64,000 nt of DNA from a candidate division FCPU426 bacterium (GTDB lineage: Bacteria; Oederibacteriota; Muellerivitia; Muellerivitales; Muellerivitaceae): the NCBI GenBank assembly GCA_963719085.1, contig CAVRAL010000004.1, positions 480,001-544,000 on the forward strand, written 5' to 3'. The notes beneath the pieces were generated by a model. That model had not been told where the DNA came from. It searched no databases and worked only from the letters and a program-made list of their open reading frames with translations. Each line of letters starts with the position of its first letter. Position 1 is the first letter of the stretch. This document shows positions 37,800-48,707 of this stretch, piece by piece. The translations under genes were made by a program, and so were the position numbers.

Positions 37800-38513
37800 A
37801 TGCCCGTTGAATCTAAAACTTTGAAACTTAAATTATCCGACGGCACTGAAATGCGGGTGTATAGCTCCAAACCCGTCGAGCTTTCCCCGTCCGTGGGGCT
37901 GATGGTTTTCCCCGAAGTCTTTGGCGTGAACGCCCACATGCGATCGGTCACGGACCGCCTGGCCGAACACGGCTATCTTTCGATCTGCCCCGAAATCTTC
38001 CACCGCACGGCCCCGGCCGGGTGGGAAGGCGACTATTCGGATTGGACTTCCGCCGCGCCCCATTACCAAGCCCTTACCGAGCCGGGATTCGTGGCGGACG
38101 CAAAAGGCTGTTTTGACTGGCTTCTGTCCCAAGGCGTGAAAAACGTCGGCTCGATCGGCTTCTGCCTGGGCGGGCGCATCGCCTTCGTGGCCAATTCGGC
38201 GCTGCCCCTCAAAGCGGCCGTCAGTTATTACGGCGGCAATATCGCGCCGGCCAGCCTGCCCTTGGCGAAAGACCAGAAGGCGCCGGTTCTGTTTCACTGG
38301 GGCGGGCTGGATAAACATCTCACTGCGGATGTGGTCGCCTCGGTGGAGGCCACCCTGCGCGCCGCGGGCAAGGACTATGTCAGCACGGTTTACGCGAAAG
38401 CTGATCACGCCTTCAACTGCGACGCCCGGCCCAACAACTATCACGCCGAGTCGGCCGAACTGGCCTGGGTTTCCACTATCGCCTTCCTGAAATTGCACCT
38501 GTCCAAAACCTGA
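37800..38513 (+). CDS. Dienelactone hydrolase family
   Basis: EVFGVN, GFCLGG, YYG and HAF motifs. Confidence 0.93.
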   Translation: MPVESKTLKLKLSDGTEMRVYSSKPVELSPSVGLMVFPEVFGVNAHMRSVTDRLAEHGYLSICPEIFHRTAPAGWEGDYSDWTSAAPHYQALTEPGFVADAKGCFDWLLSQGVKNVGSIGFCLGGRIAFVANSALPLKAAVSYYGGNIAPASLPLAKDQKAPVLFHWGGLDKHLTADVVASVEATLRAAGKDYVSTVYAKADHAFNCDARPNNYHAESAELAWVSTIAFLKLHLSKT

Positions 38514-38522
38514 CGCCCCCGC

Positions 38523-38657
38523 TGTCACCCTGAGCCTTGTCGAAGGACTGCCGCGAGTTCACCCTCGCCCCTTGCGGGAGAGGGCAGGATGAAGGGTGAT
38601 TTTTTCTAAATTAGGACCACCCTCACCCCAACCCTCTCCCGTCAAGGGAGAGTGAGT
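38523..38657. repeat. REP-like palindromes
   Basis: TGTCACCCTGAGCCTTGTCGAAGG plus two CCCTC.CCC...GGGAGAG hairpins in inverted arrangement. Confidence 0.65.
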
Positions 38658-38832
38658 AAAATATTTAAGTTCCCCTCAATTAACCCCTTTTTTCGGCCTA
38701 AAAACATGGCGTTTTATTGCCATTAAATTTGTAAAAGTTCTCCTAAAACGACCCGAAATTCAATAAACTAACCGCTCAATTCACTCGAAAAAGGCGGCCG
38801 TTTTTTCTCGAGCCGTCGACAAGGAACCGATT

Positions 38833-40236
38833 ATGCGCACTCCTGTTTCAATTTGGACGATGGCCTTCTTATTGACTTCAACGATGGGCTGGTCCGCGGC
38901 CACACCCCAACCGACCGCCTTGGCTTCCCCGCAAGCCACCGCGACGGTCAACCCGAACCAAGTGGGCTCGGTGACGGGCACGGTTCAATTGAAAAAACTT
39001 TCCGGCGGCAAAGCTTGGGACGCGGCCAAAGCTTCCCCACTCTTGGATAACGAAAAAGTCATTACCGGGCCTGATTCCTCTTCCTCGCTGATCCTAGGTG
39101 ACGGCTCTCATATTACGGTCGGCGCCAATTCGGATTTCCGATTCAATCAATTGCCAAGCTCTGCCGCGCCCGCTCAATACCGCCTCTTCAAAGGCCAGGC
39201 CGATATTCAAACCCAAAACTTTTTGACCCTGCAGGCGGGCAAAAACACTTTCCAAACGAAGAACTCAAAGTTCTCCCTCAGCTATGATTCAGGAATCAAG
39301 AAATCCGATTTGACCGTGACCTCCGGTTCGGTGACCGTCTCCAACGCCACCCAGACCCGGGTCTTCTCCGATGGACAGGAACTGGTCATTTCGGGCAGTA
39401 AATTCAAACCCGTGAAAACCGTCGCCGCCCTGACCACCACGGCCACGACGCCGGTCGCGACGCCCGCGGCCGCCGCCAAAGTCGTCGCGATGGCCGTCGC
39501 CGTTGCCACTCCGGTTCCCACCGAAGCTCCCACCGCCGTTCCGACGAAAGTCGTCGCCCAAGCCATCGCGACCGCCGGAGCGGCGCCCGATGCCGCGCCG
39601 ATCGCGGCGAACCATGGCCGGGTGATGACGGTGATTGGCGATGTGCAGATCGTGGATGATTTAACCCAGAAAGCCCAGCCCGCCAAAGTCGGCGATGACG
39701 TGACGGAGCAAGAAACCATCAAAACCGACGTTTCTTCCACCGCGGTGTTGAAGTTTTTCGACGGCTCCCAATTAAACATCTCCGCCAGCACCCAGCTTCA
39801 GCTTTCCAGCATCAAGCAGCTGCAGGGCAACGACAAAGTGCTACACTTCAAATTGCTCTTGGGGGACTTGATCGCCAAGGTGACCAAGCTGGCTTCCAGC
39901 AATTCCTCTTTTGAGATCGAGGGCGGCGGCGTAGTTTGCGGCGTTCGGGGAACGGAATTCCATCCCCACTATGACGCTTTCCATCATCTTTTCACGGTGG
40001 ATGTGATCGAGGGAACGGTCTGGGTCTTGAACGACGGCAAAACCAGCGTCCTCACCGCGGGCGAAAACGGGAGCTTTATCGGCAATCCGGGGAACGGCAC
40101 TCCTAATTCGGGCAACAATACCAAGCCCGGCCTGAATGATTTGACGAACGGCTTCCACAGCGGGAATAATTCCAACAACGAAAATGGCCGCAACACCACC
40201 CAGCAGACGCTGGGCGTCCATATCGTCGTACCTTGA
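38833..40236 (+). CDS. Secreted protein with two FecR-like domains
   Basis: Signal peptide; TG..S...L...DGS repeated; GVRGTEF in the second domain. Confidence 0.8.
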   Translation: MRTPVSIWTMAFLLTSTMGWSAATPQPTALASPQATATVNPNQVGSVTGTVQLKKLSGGKAWDAAKASPLLDNEKVITGPDSSSSLILGDGSHITVGANSDFRFNQLPSSAAPAQYRLFKGQADIQTQNFLTLQAGKNTFQTKNSKFSLSYDSGIKKSDLTVTSGSVTVSNATQTRVFSDGQELVISGSKFKPVKTVAALTTTATTPVATPAAAAKVVAMAVAVATPVPTEAPTAVPTKVVAQAIATAGAAPDAAPIAANHGRVMTVIGDVQIVDDLTQKAQPAKVGDDVTEQETIKTDVSSTAVLKFFDGSQLNISASTQLQLSSIKQLQGNDKVLHFKLLLGDLIAKVTKLASSNSSFEIEGGGVVCGVRGTEFHPHYDAFHHLFTVDVIEGTVWVLNDGKTSVLTAGENGSFIGNPGNGTPNSGNNTKPGLNDLTNGFHSGNNSNNENGRNTTQQTLGVHIVVP

Positions 40237-40247
40237 GGGAGAAAAAA

Positions 40248-42119
40248 ATGAATTCATCGATCGTGAAAAACTTGGGGCAAAAAACCGCGGCCTTGGCGCT
40301 CGCGCTGACGGCGTCCGTTTGTCAGGCGGCTTTCGCGGCCACCCCGGTGCCCACTCCCTTGGCCGCGGCCACGGTGAACCCGAATCAAGTGAGCGCGGTC
40401 AACGGCACGGTTCAGTTGAAGATGCTCTCGGGCGGTAAATCCTGGGACGCCGCTGTCGCCTCCCCCCTGGTGGACGGCGAAAAAATCACCACCGGCCCCG
40501 ATTCTTCCTCAAGCCTGATTCTGGCCGATGGTTCCCATGTCACCGTGGGCGCCAATACCGATTTCCGCTTTGTCCAACTGCCTTCCGCCTATCACCTCTT
40601 CAAGGGCCAAGCCGATCTGGACAGTAAGGGCGCCGTCCTGCTTCAAGCGGGCAAAAACACTTTCCAGGCCCAAAGCTCGAAATTTTCCTTGAGTTATGAC
40701 TCCGGCATCAAGAAATCCGATTTGACCGTGGCCTCGGGTTCGGTAACCGTCTCCAACGCCGCCCAAACCCAAGTCTTCTTAGCCGGGCAGGAACTGGTCA
40801 TTTCGGGCAGTAAGTTTAAGCCCGTGAAAACCGTCGCCGCCTCCGTCGTAGCCGCGACGCCCATCGCCGCTCCCAAAACTTTGGCCTTGGCCCTTTCCAC
40901 TCCCACGGTAGTTTCAACGCCCACCGTTGCCGCGACCCCGAAGGTCCTGGCGCAAGCCACCGCGGCTCCCACCGCCCAGTCGATGCCGATGACCGACTCC
41001 ATGACCGCCCAAACCGCTTCCGAATCCCCGACCACGCTGGACCAAAAGAGTCATCCTCACGTGACCGTGGCTTTGGGCGGGCAGTACGACGCTTGGGACT
41101 CCAATCAAGAACCGGCTTACGATGGTTGGGAAGCCTGGGTGCCTTTTTCGGTGAGCTTTGTTCAGCCCCAACAATTTAATATTTATGCCCAGACCCAATT
41201 CAGCCATGGGGTCTATAACAACAGCGGCATCCCGTCGAATTACACTCTGGAAAACTTGGGCGACACTCAACTCGGCGGCGAAGTGGATTTCAAAACCTTC
41301 AATATGCCGTCGGCTCTTTTACTTTCCATGAATCTGCCCACAGGCGACACCACCTGGGAAACCAAAGATTCGTCTTCCATCGTTCCCACCGAATTCATCG
41401 ACAGCCGTTATCAAGGACGGGGATTCGGGCTCAGCGCCATGTACGCCTTTTCCGCCCCGATTTATGACGGCTCCTACGGGCTGGCCCTGGGCTATCTTTA
41501 TTCCGGCGCTTTCAACCCGTCTTTTGGCGCCGCGTCCGGGCAGGACGTGAAACTGGGCGACACCCTTTTCGTTTCCACCAACCGCTCCTGGACCCACTCC
41601 CCGGACGAGCATGATGTGCTCCAGGCCTCCCTCTACTATTTTCTGCCCACCCAAGAGGGCGGCGCGAATTCTCTGCAGATGGGGCCCAACCTGAATCTGT
41701 CTTACGCCTGGGAGAACCCCCATGGCTTTTCCTGGGACATGGGCGGCCAATACTACTTCCCGGGCTGGCAAGTGCAGCCCGACGGATCCTTTACCCCGGT
41801 GGCTCACAACCAGTTTGGCCCGCGGTTCTTCCTGGACGCCGGCTATGCCATCGGCGATTTCTCGCTGTCCGCGCATTCCAAATATATTTTGGCCAACGAC
41901 TATCCCGTGTCTGATCCCAGCAATAAGTATGACGGCGGGGGCTACTTAGTGGGCGGCGGCCCCTCCCTTTTAATCCATTTCGCGAAGGACTTTTCCGTCA
42001 ATCTTTCAGGGTCCTACGACTATATCGACGCCATTGGGCTGGCCAACGCCAGCCCACGACAAGACGTGAAGTTTAACCAGTGGGGTTGTGGAACCGATTT
42101 TGAAATCAACTTTGAGTAA
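40248..42119 (+). CDS. FecR-like domain fused to a probable outer-membrane beta-barrel
   Basis: N-terminus nearly identical to the preceding gene; amphipathic strands; terminal FEINFE. Confidence 0.7.
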   Translation: MNSSIVKNLGQKTAALALALTASVCQAAFAATPVPTPLAAATVNPNQVSAVNGTVQLKMLSGGKSWDAAVASPLVDGEKITTGPDSSSSLILADGSHVTVGANTDFRFVQLPSAYHLFKGQADLDSKGAVLLQAGKNTFQAQSSKFSLSYDSGIKKSDLTVASGSVTVSNAAQTQVFLAGQELVISGSKFKPVKTVAASVVAATPIAAPKTLALALSTPTVVSTPTVAATPKVLAQATAAPTAQSMPMTDSMTAQTASESPTTLDQKSHPHVTVALGGQYDAWDSNQEPAYDGWEAWVPFSVSFVQPQQFNIYAQTQFSHGVYNNSGIPSNYTLENLGDTQLGGEVDFKTFNMPSALLLSMNLPTGDTTWETKDSSSIVPTEFIDSRYQGRGFGLSAMYAFSAPIYDGSYGLALGYLYSGAFNPSFGAASGQDVKLGDTLFVSTNRSWTHSPDEHDVLQASLYYFLPTQEGGANSLQMGPNLNLSYAWENPHGFSWDMGGQYYFPGWQVQPDGSFTPVAHNQFGPRFFLDAGYAIGDFSLSAHSKYILANDYPVSDPSNKYDGGGYLVGGGPSLLIHFAKDFSVNLSGSYDYIDAIGLANASPRQDVKFNQWGCGTDFEINFE

Positions 42120-42132
42120 GGGTGGGATAAAC

Positions 42133-44046
42133 ATGAGAAAAAAATTCGCCGCGCTGTCCGGCTTGGTAATTCTGGCGGGAATCTTCCTGCCGCATCTGGC
42201 TTGTAAAAGTAACTCCGTCGTCCCTATTTCACCCGGCGGACAGGGATATAGCCTGAAATTCACCGCGGTCGTCTCGAGCGAGTTGAAGGCCAAACTCTTG
42301 GGTTCCTCCGCCAATCAAATCCTTTACCGGATCACGGGTCCCAGTATCTCTCCGGTCTCCGGATCGACCACTCCCTTCGGAACCGCCGGGAACTCGGGTG
42401 AAATTTCATTTTCGATTTCAGCTCCCCAAGGGGAAGGCGAATTGTTGGCCTTTGAAATCACCAGCGCGCTCGACAACCAACCGCTGGCCGTCGGCGCCGT
42501 CCAAGCCGATGTGGAGCCGGGCGTCAGCGACCTGTCGGTCACCATGGGAACCCTGGTCAGCCCCTGCTATACCGTCGATACCTCTTCCCTCGGCGGGAAC
42601 GCCTATGTCAATTTCCAACAGGACGTGGTGGAAGCGGGAGCTCCCACCGGCGTGGCCGCCGACCTTAAGGTTTCCGCGGTTCCTTCGGGCTCGGTCACCT
42701 ATTACACCTTTACCCCCCAAAACGGGAACGTCATGAAGTTCATGGGAAGCAAAGACATCGTTAATTACGCCGCCATCCCGGAAACCTTTCCGCTGACCGG
42801 CGCCTCGGGCCACCTGGCGGCCGGCGATGTTTATTGCCTGCAAATTCCTTCCACCGTCGTCAGCGCCCACGATTACGTTTGGATCCGGGTGATCAATCCC
42901 AACCAAACCTTCGGCCCCAATGCCCCCGTTACCCAGGGCCCCTTGTTCAGCTTCCGGGTCAGCAACTTACCTTATTTCGGCTATTATCAAACCACGGCGG
43001 ACCTGGCCTCGAATTGCTACGCGCCCCCTCCCACGCCGACTCCGGCCGGCGTCTCGGGCTCGGGCAGCGTAACGGATTTCGCGGGCTCGGGTCAAAAAGG
43101 CGCTTTGAACAGCACGGCCCTTTCATCCTCGTTCAATTACCCCAGCGGCTTGGCCGTGGACGGCGAAGGCGACTTTTTCATCGCCGATACCGCCAATAAC
43201 CTCATCCGTGAAATTTCCCATACGGGTGTGGTCTCCACGCTGGCCGGCACGGGGCTCATTGGCTCTCAAGATGGACCCGGCGCCCAGGCTTCCTTCTCCC
43301 TGCCTTACGGCATCGCCGTAGACACGGCCGGAACTGAGGTTTTCGTGGCCGACACCTGTAACAGTGAAATCCGGGTCATTGATGTCGCCACGGGGGCCGT
43401 CACCACTCTGGCCGGCGCCGTGAGCCAAACCGGCTTGGTGAACTCGACGGACTATTTCACGGCGCGCTTCAACCATCCCGTGGGCATCGCGTTTGACAGC
43501 ACGAATCAAGTTCTTTACGTGGCCGACTCCGGCAACAACGTCATCCGCACGGTGAGCGCCGCCGGCGTCACCACCTTCGCGGGGACGGGAACGGCCGGCG
43601 CGGGTGAAGGCGCGGCCCTTTCCGCCCAGTTCCACGCTCCCGTGGGAGTCGCGCTGGACGGTTCCGGAAATGTGTTTGTCTCCGACGGCTTGAACCGGGA
43701 AATCCGAGTCATCACGGGCGGGACGGTTTCCACGGTGGCCGGGACCGCGGGCGTTTCGGGCTTTGGCAACGGATCCCTGGGACAAGGCAACTCGCTCTTC
43801 GCCCTGCCCGTCCAAATGGCCGCGGACGGATCCGGCAACCTCTTCGTGGTCGACACCGCCAACAACGTCGTCCGTGAGATCAACTCCGGCGGGGTTGGAA
43901 CCCTGGCGGGAACCGGGGCCGTGGGTTCGTCTAATGGAGCGGCCGCTTTGGCCACCTTCAACTATCCGGAAGGCCTGGCGTTCTATAACGGCGATGTTTA
44001 CGTGACGGACACCAACAACTTGAAAATTCGAAAAATCACGCCTTAA
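42133..44046 (+). CDS. NHL-repeat beta-propeller lipoprotein
   Basis: HLAC lipobox; repeated F..P.G.A.D...ADT.N..IR...T.AG.G. Confidence 0.88.
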   Translation: MRKKFAALSGLVILAGIFLPHLACKSNSVVPISPGGQGYSLKFTAVVSSELKAKLLGSSANQILYRITGPSISPVSGSTTPFGTAGNSGEISFSISAPQGEGELLAFEITSALDNQPLAVGAVQADVEPGVSDLSVTMGTLVSPCYTVDTSSLGGNAYVNFQQDVVEAGAPTGVAADLKVSAVPSGSVTYYTFTPQNGNVMKFMGSKDIVNYAAIPETFPLTGASGHLAAGDVYCLQIPSTVVSAHDYVWIRVINPNQTFGPNAPVTQGPLFSFRVSNLPYFGYYQTTADLASNCYAPPPTPTPAGVSGSGSVTDFAGSGQKGALNSTALSSSFNYPSGLAVDGEGDFFIADTANNLIREISHTGVVSTLAGTGLIGSQDGPGAQASFSLPYGIAVDTAGTEVFVADTCNSEIRVIDVATGAVTTLAGAVSQTGLVNSTDYFTARFNHPVGIAFDSTNQVLYVADSGNNVIRTVSAAGVTTFAGTGTAGAGEGAALSAQFHAPVGVALDGSGNVFVSDGLNREIRVITGGTVSTVAGTAGVSGFGNGSLGQGNSLFALPVQMAADGSGNLFVVDTANNVVREINSGGVGTLAGTGAVGSSNGAAALATFNYPEGLAFYNGDVYVTDTNNLKIRKITP

Positions 44047-44066
44047 CCTTTTCTCACGGTTTCCTC

Positions 44067-44104
44067 AAAAGCCCTTCGGCCATTCGGCCGGAGGGCTTTT
44101 TTAT
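44067..44104 (+). terminator. Intrinsic terminator
   Basis: AAAAGCCCTTCGGCC...GGCCGGAGGGCTTTT. Confidence 0.85.
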
Positions 44105-44355
44105 TTGGGGCGGTTTGGATGCCCCACTGGCCATCCTGGGCAAGGCAAAGCCCATTGAGACATTGATAAAAGCCGATAAAGACGGATTAATGTTTTTCTA
44201 ATATCGGCCTTCATCAATATTTACCATTGTTCCAAAAGCCGATTTTTTTGACTTCTTTATCAAAGACATGGTTGGGTTTTGTTTTTGGATGACGTTCAGG
44301 CCCAAACAAGCGAAAATAAACCAACCGTATCCATTCCATCCCTTGAGGAACCCCT

Positions 44356-46395
44356 TTGACCGAAACCACGCATTTCCTTCAAGACCTGGCGATGGTACTT
44401 TGCGTGGCCGCCGTGACCACGTTGATCTTTCAACGTTTGCGCCAGCCGCCGGTCTTGGGCTATCTTTTGGCCGGGCTCATCCTGGGGCCCCACGTCAATC
44501 TGCCCCTCTATGCCGACGAAAATACCGTCCGCACCCTGGCCAGCTTGGGCGTCATCCTGGTCATGTTTTCCATCGGATTGACCTTCACCATTGAGCGCTT
44601 AATCCGGGTTTTGCCCACCGCGGGGCTTACGCTCATTTTGGAAGTGGGCGTCATGATTTGGCTCGGCTATATGGCGGCCCTTTTCATGGGCTGGACTCCT
44701 TTGGAAGGCGTCTTCACGGGCGCCATGTTGTCCATTTCCAGCACCATGATCTCCTCCAAAGCGCTGGCGGACCAAAAAGCCGACGAGAAACTCACCCGAA
44801 CCGTGGTGAATGTTTTGGTGCTTCAAGACTTGGCCGCGGTTTTGTTGGTGGCCGTTCTGACGCCCATGGCCCGGGGCGCGAAACTTTCCTTGAGCGCGCT
44901 CGTCACCACCAGCGGCACCCTCTTGGCATTCTTAGGCGTTCTTTTTGTGGTGGGCTATCTCATCATTCCCCGGCTTATCCGGCTGGCGCTCAAACTGCGC
45001 AACCCGGAGACCCTTTTGGTGACGGCCGTGGGCATTTGTTTCGCCATGGCGCTCATCGCCGAAAAGGGCGGCTATTCGGTGGCCTTGGGCGCGTTTTTAG
45101 CGGGCATGCTGGTGGCCGAGTCCGGCGCCACCACGACCTTGGAGCGGCTCATCCATCCGATCCGGGATATGTTCGCCGCCATCTTTTTCGTCGCCATCGG
45201 CATGTTGGTGGATCCCCAAACCCTTTTAATCCATTGGCGCGCGGTGGTCTTTTTAACCCTTTTGGTCATTGGGGGACAAATGATCAGCGTGGCGCTGGGC
45301 GCTTTTTTAAGCGGCCGGCCCGTGCGAACCGCCATTCAAGCGGGCATGAGCCTGGCCCAAATCGGGGAGTTTTCCTTCATCATCGCCCAGGTGGGCACCG
45401 CCACCGGCGCCATCAGCGGTTTTCTTTACGACGTGGCGGTGGCCGTCTCCGTGGTCACGGCCTTCACCACGCCTTGGCTGATCCGCGCTTCCGGGCCCGT
45501 GTCCCAATGGGTGGACAATCACCTGCCCGCGCCGCTTCAAACCTTCGCGGCCCTTTACGGCTCCTGGCTGGAAGCCCTGCGGTCCGATAAACAGGAAAAA
45601 TCCATTTACGCCAAGGCCTGGCAGTTGGTCGGCATCCTGCTGGTGGACCTTTTGTGCCTGATCATCATTGTGATCACCACGGCCTCCACGGTGAAGCGCT
45701 GGCTGCCCCAATTGGAAAGTCTTTTCCACATCCCCCCCGAATGGGGCAAGGTGGTTTTGATCAGCTCGGGGTTTATTTTGGCCATTCCCTTTTCGGCGGG
45801 CATTTTCCGATGCGCTAAAAATTTAGGCGGCGTCCTGGCCGCGGCGGCCATCCCACCCGTGGAAGAGGGCATGGTGGACCTGGGGCTGGCCCCGCGCAAA
45901 CTTTTGACCGTCACGCTTCAACTGGGCATCGTTTTCGCCGTGGGCGTTCCCTTGCTGGCCTTGACCCAGCCTTTTCTTCCCTTCGGTACCGTGACCTTTT
46001 TGCTCTTCGCCCTTTTGGCGGTTCTGGGCTTCGTCTTTTGGAAAAGCGCCATCAATCTGCAGGACCACGTCCACGCCGGAGCCCAGATGGTCACCGACGC
46101 CTTGACCCACCATGCCGAGGACCGCAGTGAGGCCTTTTATGAGCAGATGAACGCCTTTGTGCCGGGTTTGGGAAGCCCCACGCCGGTCACCGTGGGAGAC
46201 CATAGCCCGGCCGCCGGAAGGACCTTGCTGGAGATGAACCTTCGCAACCGCACCGGCGTGGGCGTGATCGCCATCATGCGGGGCAAAGAACGCATCCTGA
46301 TGCCGCCGCCCCGGGAAATTTTGCAAAGCGGCGACACCCTCATTTTGGTGGGCACCCAACAGGGCCTCCAAAACGCGAAGTCTCTGCTTTCTTGA
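44356..46395 (+). CDS. CPA2 cation:proton antiporter with TrkA-C domain
   Basis: ISST, LQD, LGAFLAG, FFVAIG and QIGEFSF motifs; RCK_C tail. Confidence 0.93.
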   Translation: MTETTHFLQDLAMVLCVAAVTTLIFQRLRQPPVLGYLLAGLILGPHVNLPLYADENTVRTLASLGVILVMFSIGLTFTIERLIRVLPTAGLTLILEVGVMIWLGYMAALFMGWTPLEGVFTGAMLSISSTMISSKALADQKADEKLTRTVVNVLVLQDLAAVLLVAVLTPMARGAKLSLSALVTTSGTLLAFLGVLFVVGYLIIPRLIRLALKLRNPETLLVTAVGICFAMALIAEKGGYSVALGAFLAGMLVAESGATTTLERLIHPIRDMFAAIFFVAIGMLVDPQTLLIHWRAVVFLTLLVIGGQMISVALGAFLSGRPVRTAIQAGMSLAQIGEFSFIIAQVGTATGAISGFLYDVAVAVSVVTAFTTPWLIRASGPVSQWVDNHLPAPLQTFAALYGSWLEALRSDKQEKSIYAKAWQLVGILLVDLLCLIIIVITTASTVKRWLPQLESLFHIPPEWGKVVLISSGFILAIPFSAGIFRCAKNLGGVLAAAAIPPVEEGMVDLGLAPRKLLTVTLQLGIVFAVGVPLLALTQPFLPFGTVTFLLFALLAVLGFVFWKSAINLQDHVHAGAQMVTDALTHHAEDRSEAFYEQMNAFVPGLGSPTPVTVGDHSPAAGRTLLEMNLRNRTGVGVIAIMRGKERILMPPPREILQSGDTLILVGTQQGLQNAKSLLS

Positions 46396-46462
46396 CAAAA
46401 CGCTACTCCGCGGCGTTCGCCTACCGTAGAATAAAAAACCTTTACTCTTGAGGAAGCCGATT

Positions 46463-47473
46463 ATGTACTCGCTTTTAAAACCTTTGCTTTTCACCTTGGA
46501 ACCCGAGGCCGCCCACTCGCTGGCGCTCGCCTCGCTTCGCTTGAGCGAGCCTTTGCTTCCCTTGTTTTCACCCGGACTTCGGGTAAGCGACCCCTCGTTG
46601 GAAAAGACGGTCTTTGGTTTAAAATTCCCCAATCCCATCGGCCTGGCCGCCGGGCTCGATAAAAAAGCCGCCTTGACGCCGGTCTGGGAAAAAATCGGCT
46701 TTGGATTCGCCGAACTGGGAACCTTTACCGCCCAGGCCCAGCCGGGCAATCCCAAACCCCGGGTTTTCCGCCTTCCGGCCCCAAAAGCGCTCATCAACCG
46801 CATGGGCTTCCCCAATCCGGGAGCCAAAGCCGTCGCCAAGCGTTTAAAACATTTAAAAGAAAGCGGCCGGTGGCCCCAAAGCCCCGTGGGCATCAATTTG
46901 GGCAAGAGCAAGATCACGGCCTTGGAAAACGCGGTGGAAGACTATTTGGAATCCCTTGAGGAGTTGGGGCCCTATGCCGATTACTTGGCGGTCAATGTCA
47001 GCTCGCCCAATACGCCGGGCCTTCGGAAATTGCAGGAAGCCAAACCCCTGAAGGCCTTGCTGAGGGCCTTTGTCCGCGGCGCCAAGGGGAAGCCCGTCCT
47101 GTTGAAACTGGCGCCGGACCTGCAGGGAAAGCCGCTCAAAGAAGCCGCCGATATCGCGCTGAGCGCCGGCTGCGCGGGGCTGATCGCCACCAACACCACG
47201 ATTACGCGCATGAACCTTCCGGCGGGGGATTATCCGGTGGGCGGCCTTTCGGGCAGGCCTTTACGGGAAAAAGCGGATGAGGTCTTGCGGGAGTTGTCCA
47301 AATTCACCAAAGGCAAGTTTCCGCTGATCGGCGTGGGCGGCATTCTGAGCGCCGAGGATGTGCGGCGTAAGTTCGAGGCAGGCGCGTCGCTGGTGCAGAT
47401 TTATACGGGCTATATCTACGAGGGGCCGGGCTTTCCCGCCCGCCTTTGCCGGGAATTGCTAAAGTCTTCCTAG
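46463..47473 (+). CDS. pyrD: Quinone-dependent dihydroorotate dehydrogenase
   Basis: GLAAGLDK, NRMGF, NVSSPNTPGLR, KLAPD, TNTT, GGLSG. Confidence 0.96.
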   Translation: MYSLLKPLLFTLEPEAAHSLALASLRLSEPLLPLFSPGLRVSDPSLEKTVFGLKFPNPIGLAAGLDKKAALTPVWEKIGFGFAELGTFTAQAQPGNPKPRVFRLPAPKALINRMGFPNPGAKAVAKRLKHLKESGRWPQSPVGINLGKSKITALENAVEDYLESLEELGPYADYLAVNVSSPNTPGLRKLQEAKPLKALLRAFVRGAKGKPVLLKLAPDLQGKPLKEAADIALSAGCAGLIATNTTITRMNLPAGDYPVGGLSGRPLREKADEVLRELSKFTKGKFPLIGVGGILSAEDVRRKFEAGASLVQIYTGYIYEGPGFPARLCRELLKSS

Positions 47474-47515
47474 ACTTCAGCGCAAAAAGTTAAGTCGCCA
47501 AACTAAAGCAATTTC

Positions 47516-47606
47516 ACCACCAAGTTCACCAAGAGCGCCAAAAAGGCTAGAGAACATCGTTGTAAAATCCGGTCTTTGTTTTATGTTTCTTGGTGAACTT
47601 GGTGGT
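47516..47606. repeat. 19-bp perfect inverted repeat between convergent genes
   Basis: ACCACCAAGTTCACCAAGA ... TCTTGGTGAACTTGGTGGT. Confidence 0.8.
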
Positions 47607-47621
47607 TAAAACATCTTTTTT

Positions 47622-48707
47622 CTAAGTGGTTTGGGTTTTGCTTTGGGCGGCTTTTACTTTTTTCCCCGCCTGATATTCCGTCGTTTCTTTCCAAAGCCGG
47701 CCCAACGCGTCGATCAATCCCTTGCGCAGGGTCAAATGGTAGGAACTGTCCGCCGGGAGCTCCTTTAAAAAGCGCCGATGGGCCTTTCCCAGATTGTGGT
47801 AAGGCATGCCGGGAAACAAATGGTGTACGGCGTGGAAACGCAGCCCCACGGGCGCCCAAAGCGGAGTAACCCAAATTACGCCCGGAACCGTCACCGAATC
47901 CAAAAACTGCTCGGAAAATTCAAGCACATGGTCCGCCGGATTGCGGTAGCAATGGGCCACCAGGGTGCGCACTCCGTTCACGAAAAGAATGCTTCCCGCC
48001 ACCGCGTACCAGACCCAAAAAGCTTTCCAGGGCAGGATGCCTTTCCATAAAAGAACCGCGCCCGCCAGCGCGTAAAGAAAGGTAAAAAATTCCTGCCATT
48101 TCCACCACCGGCCGTCCCGGTCAGTCGGATCGGGGCGGATATAAGTGGAATCAATGACCAGGGATGAGACTCTTTGCCACAAAAGCCTGCGCAAGGGCGG
48201 AAGAATATAGGAAAGGGGCGTTAAAACCAAAAACCGGAAGGCCACGAAAACCGGCGCCGCCGCCATCATGACGAGGAACAAAACAATTCGAAAACGGCCC
48301 ACAATGACAAAGGGAAGGTACTCGCCGTCTTCCTGGGTGCCGTAAAGCTTTTGTTTGTGATGGTCGATATGCACGCCCATATAGGTGAAGGACGGCACCA
48401 TGAGGGGAAATCCGCAAAGCAGGTTCCAAACCACATGGAAAACCGGAAAACTGTCCTTTTTCAAATGGGCTAACTCATGGATAAAGATAACCGCCCGGTA
48501 CAGCCCTAGGACCGCCAGTAGGAAGGCCGCGATTTGAGGAAACGACCCCGTGGGCAGCAAGACCACCGCGGCCAAGGCCGCCCACCCCACCAGGGCGTTC
48601 AATAAAAAATCGGCCCAATAAATTTTCGGATTGGGCTCAAACAAATCCTCGACAATTTTTTTGGCCTCAGCCATGGAAAAAGTACGGACGGAATCAGGCA
48701 TGCGCAT
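47622..48707 (-). CDS. Fatty-acid desaturase family
   Basis: HELAH, HIDHH and HAVHH His boxes. Confidence 0.9.
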   Translation of the reverse strand: MRMPDSVRTFSMAEAKKIVEDLFEPNPKIYWADFLLNALVGWAALAAVVLLPTGSFPQIAAFLLAVLGLYRAVIFIHELAHLKKDSFPVFHVVWNLLCGFPLMVPSFTYMGVHIDHHKQKLYGTQEDGEYLPFVIVGRFRIVLFLVMMAAAPVFVAFRFLVLTPLSYILPPLRRLLWQRVSSLVIDSTYIRPDPTDRDGRWWKWQEFFTFLYALAGAVLLWKGILPWKAFWVWYAVAGSILFVNGVRTLVAHCYRNPADHVLEFSEQFLDSVTVPGVIWVTPLWAPVGLRFHAVHHLFPGMPYHNLGKAHRRFLKELPADSSYHLTLRKGLIDALGRLWKETTEYQAGKKVKAAQSKTQTT

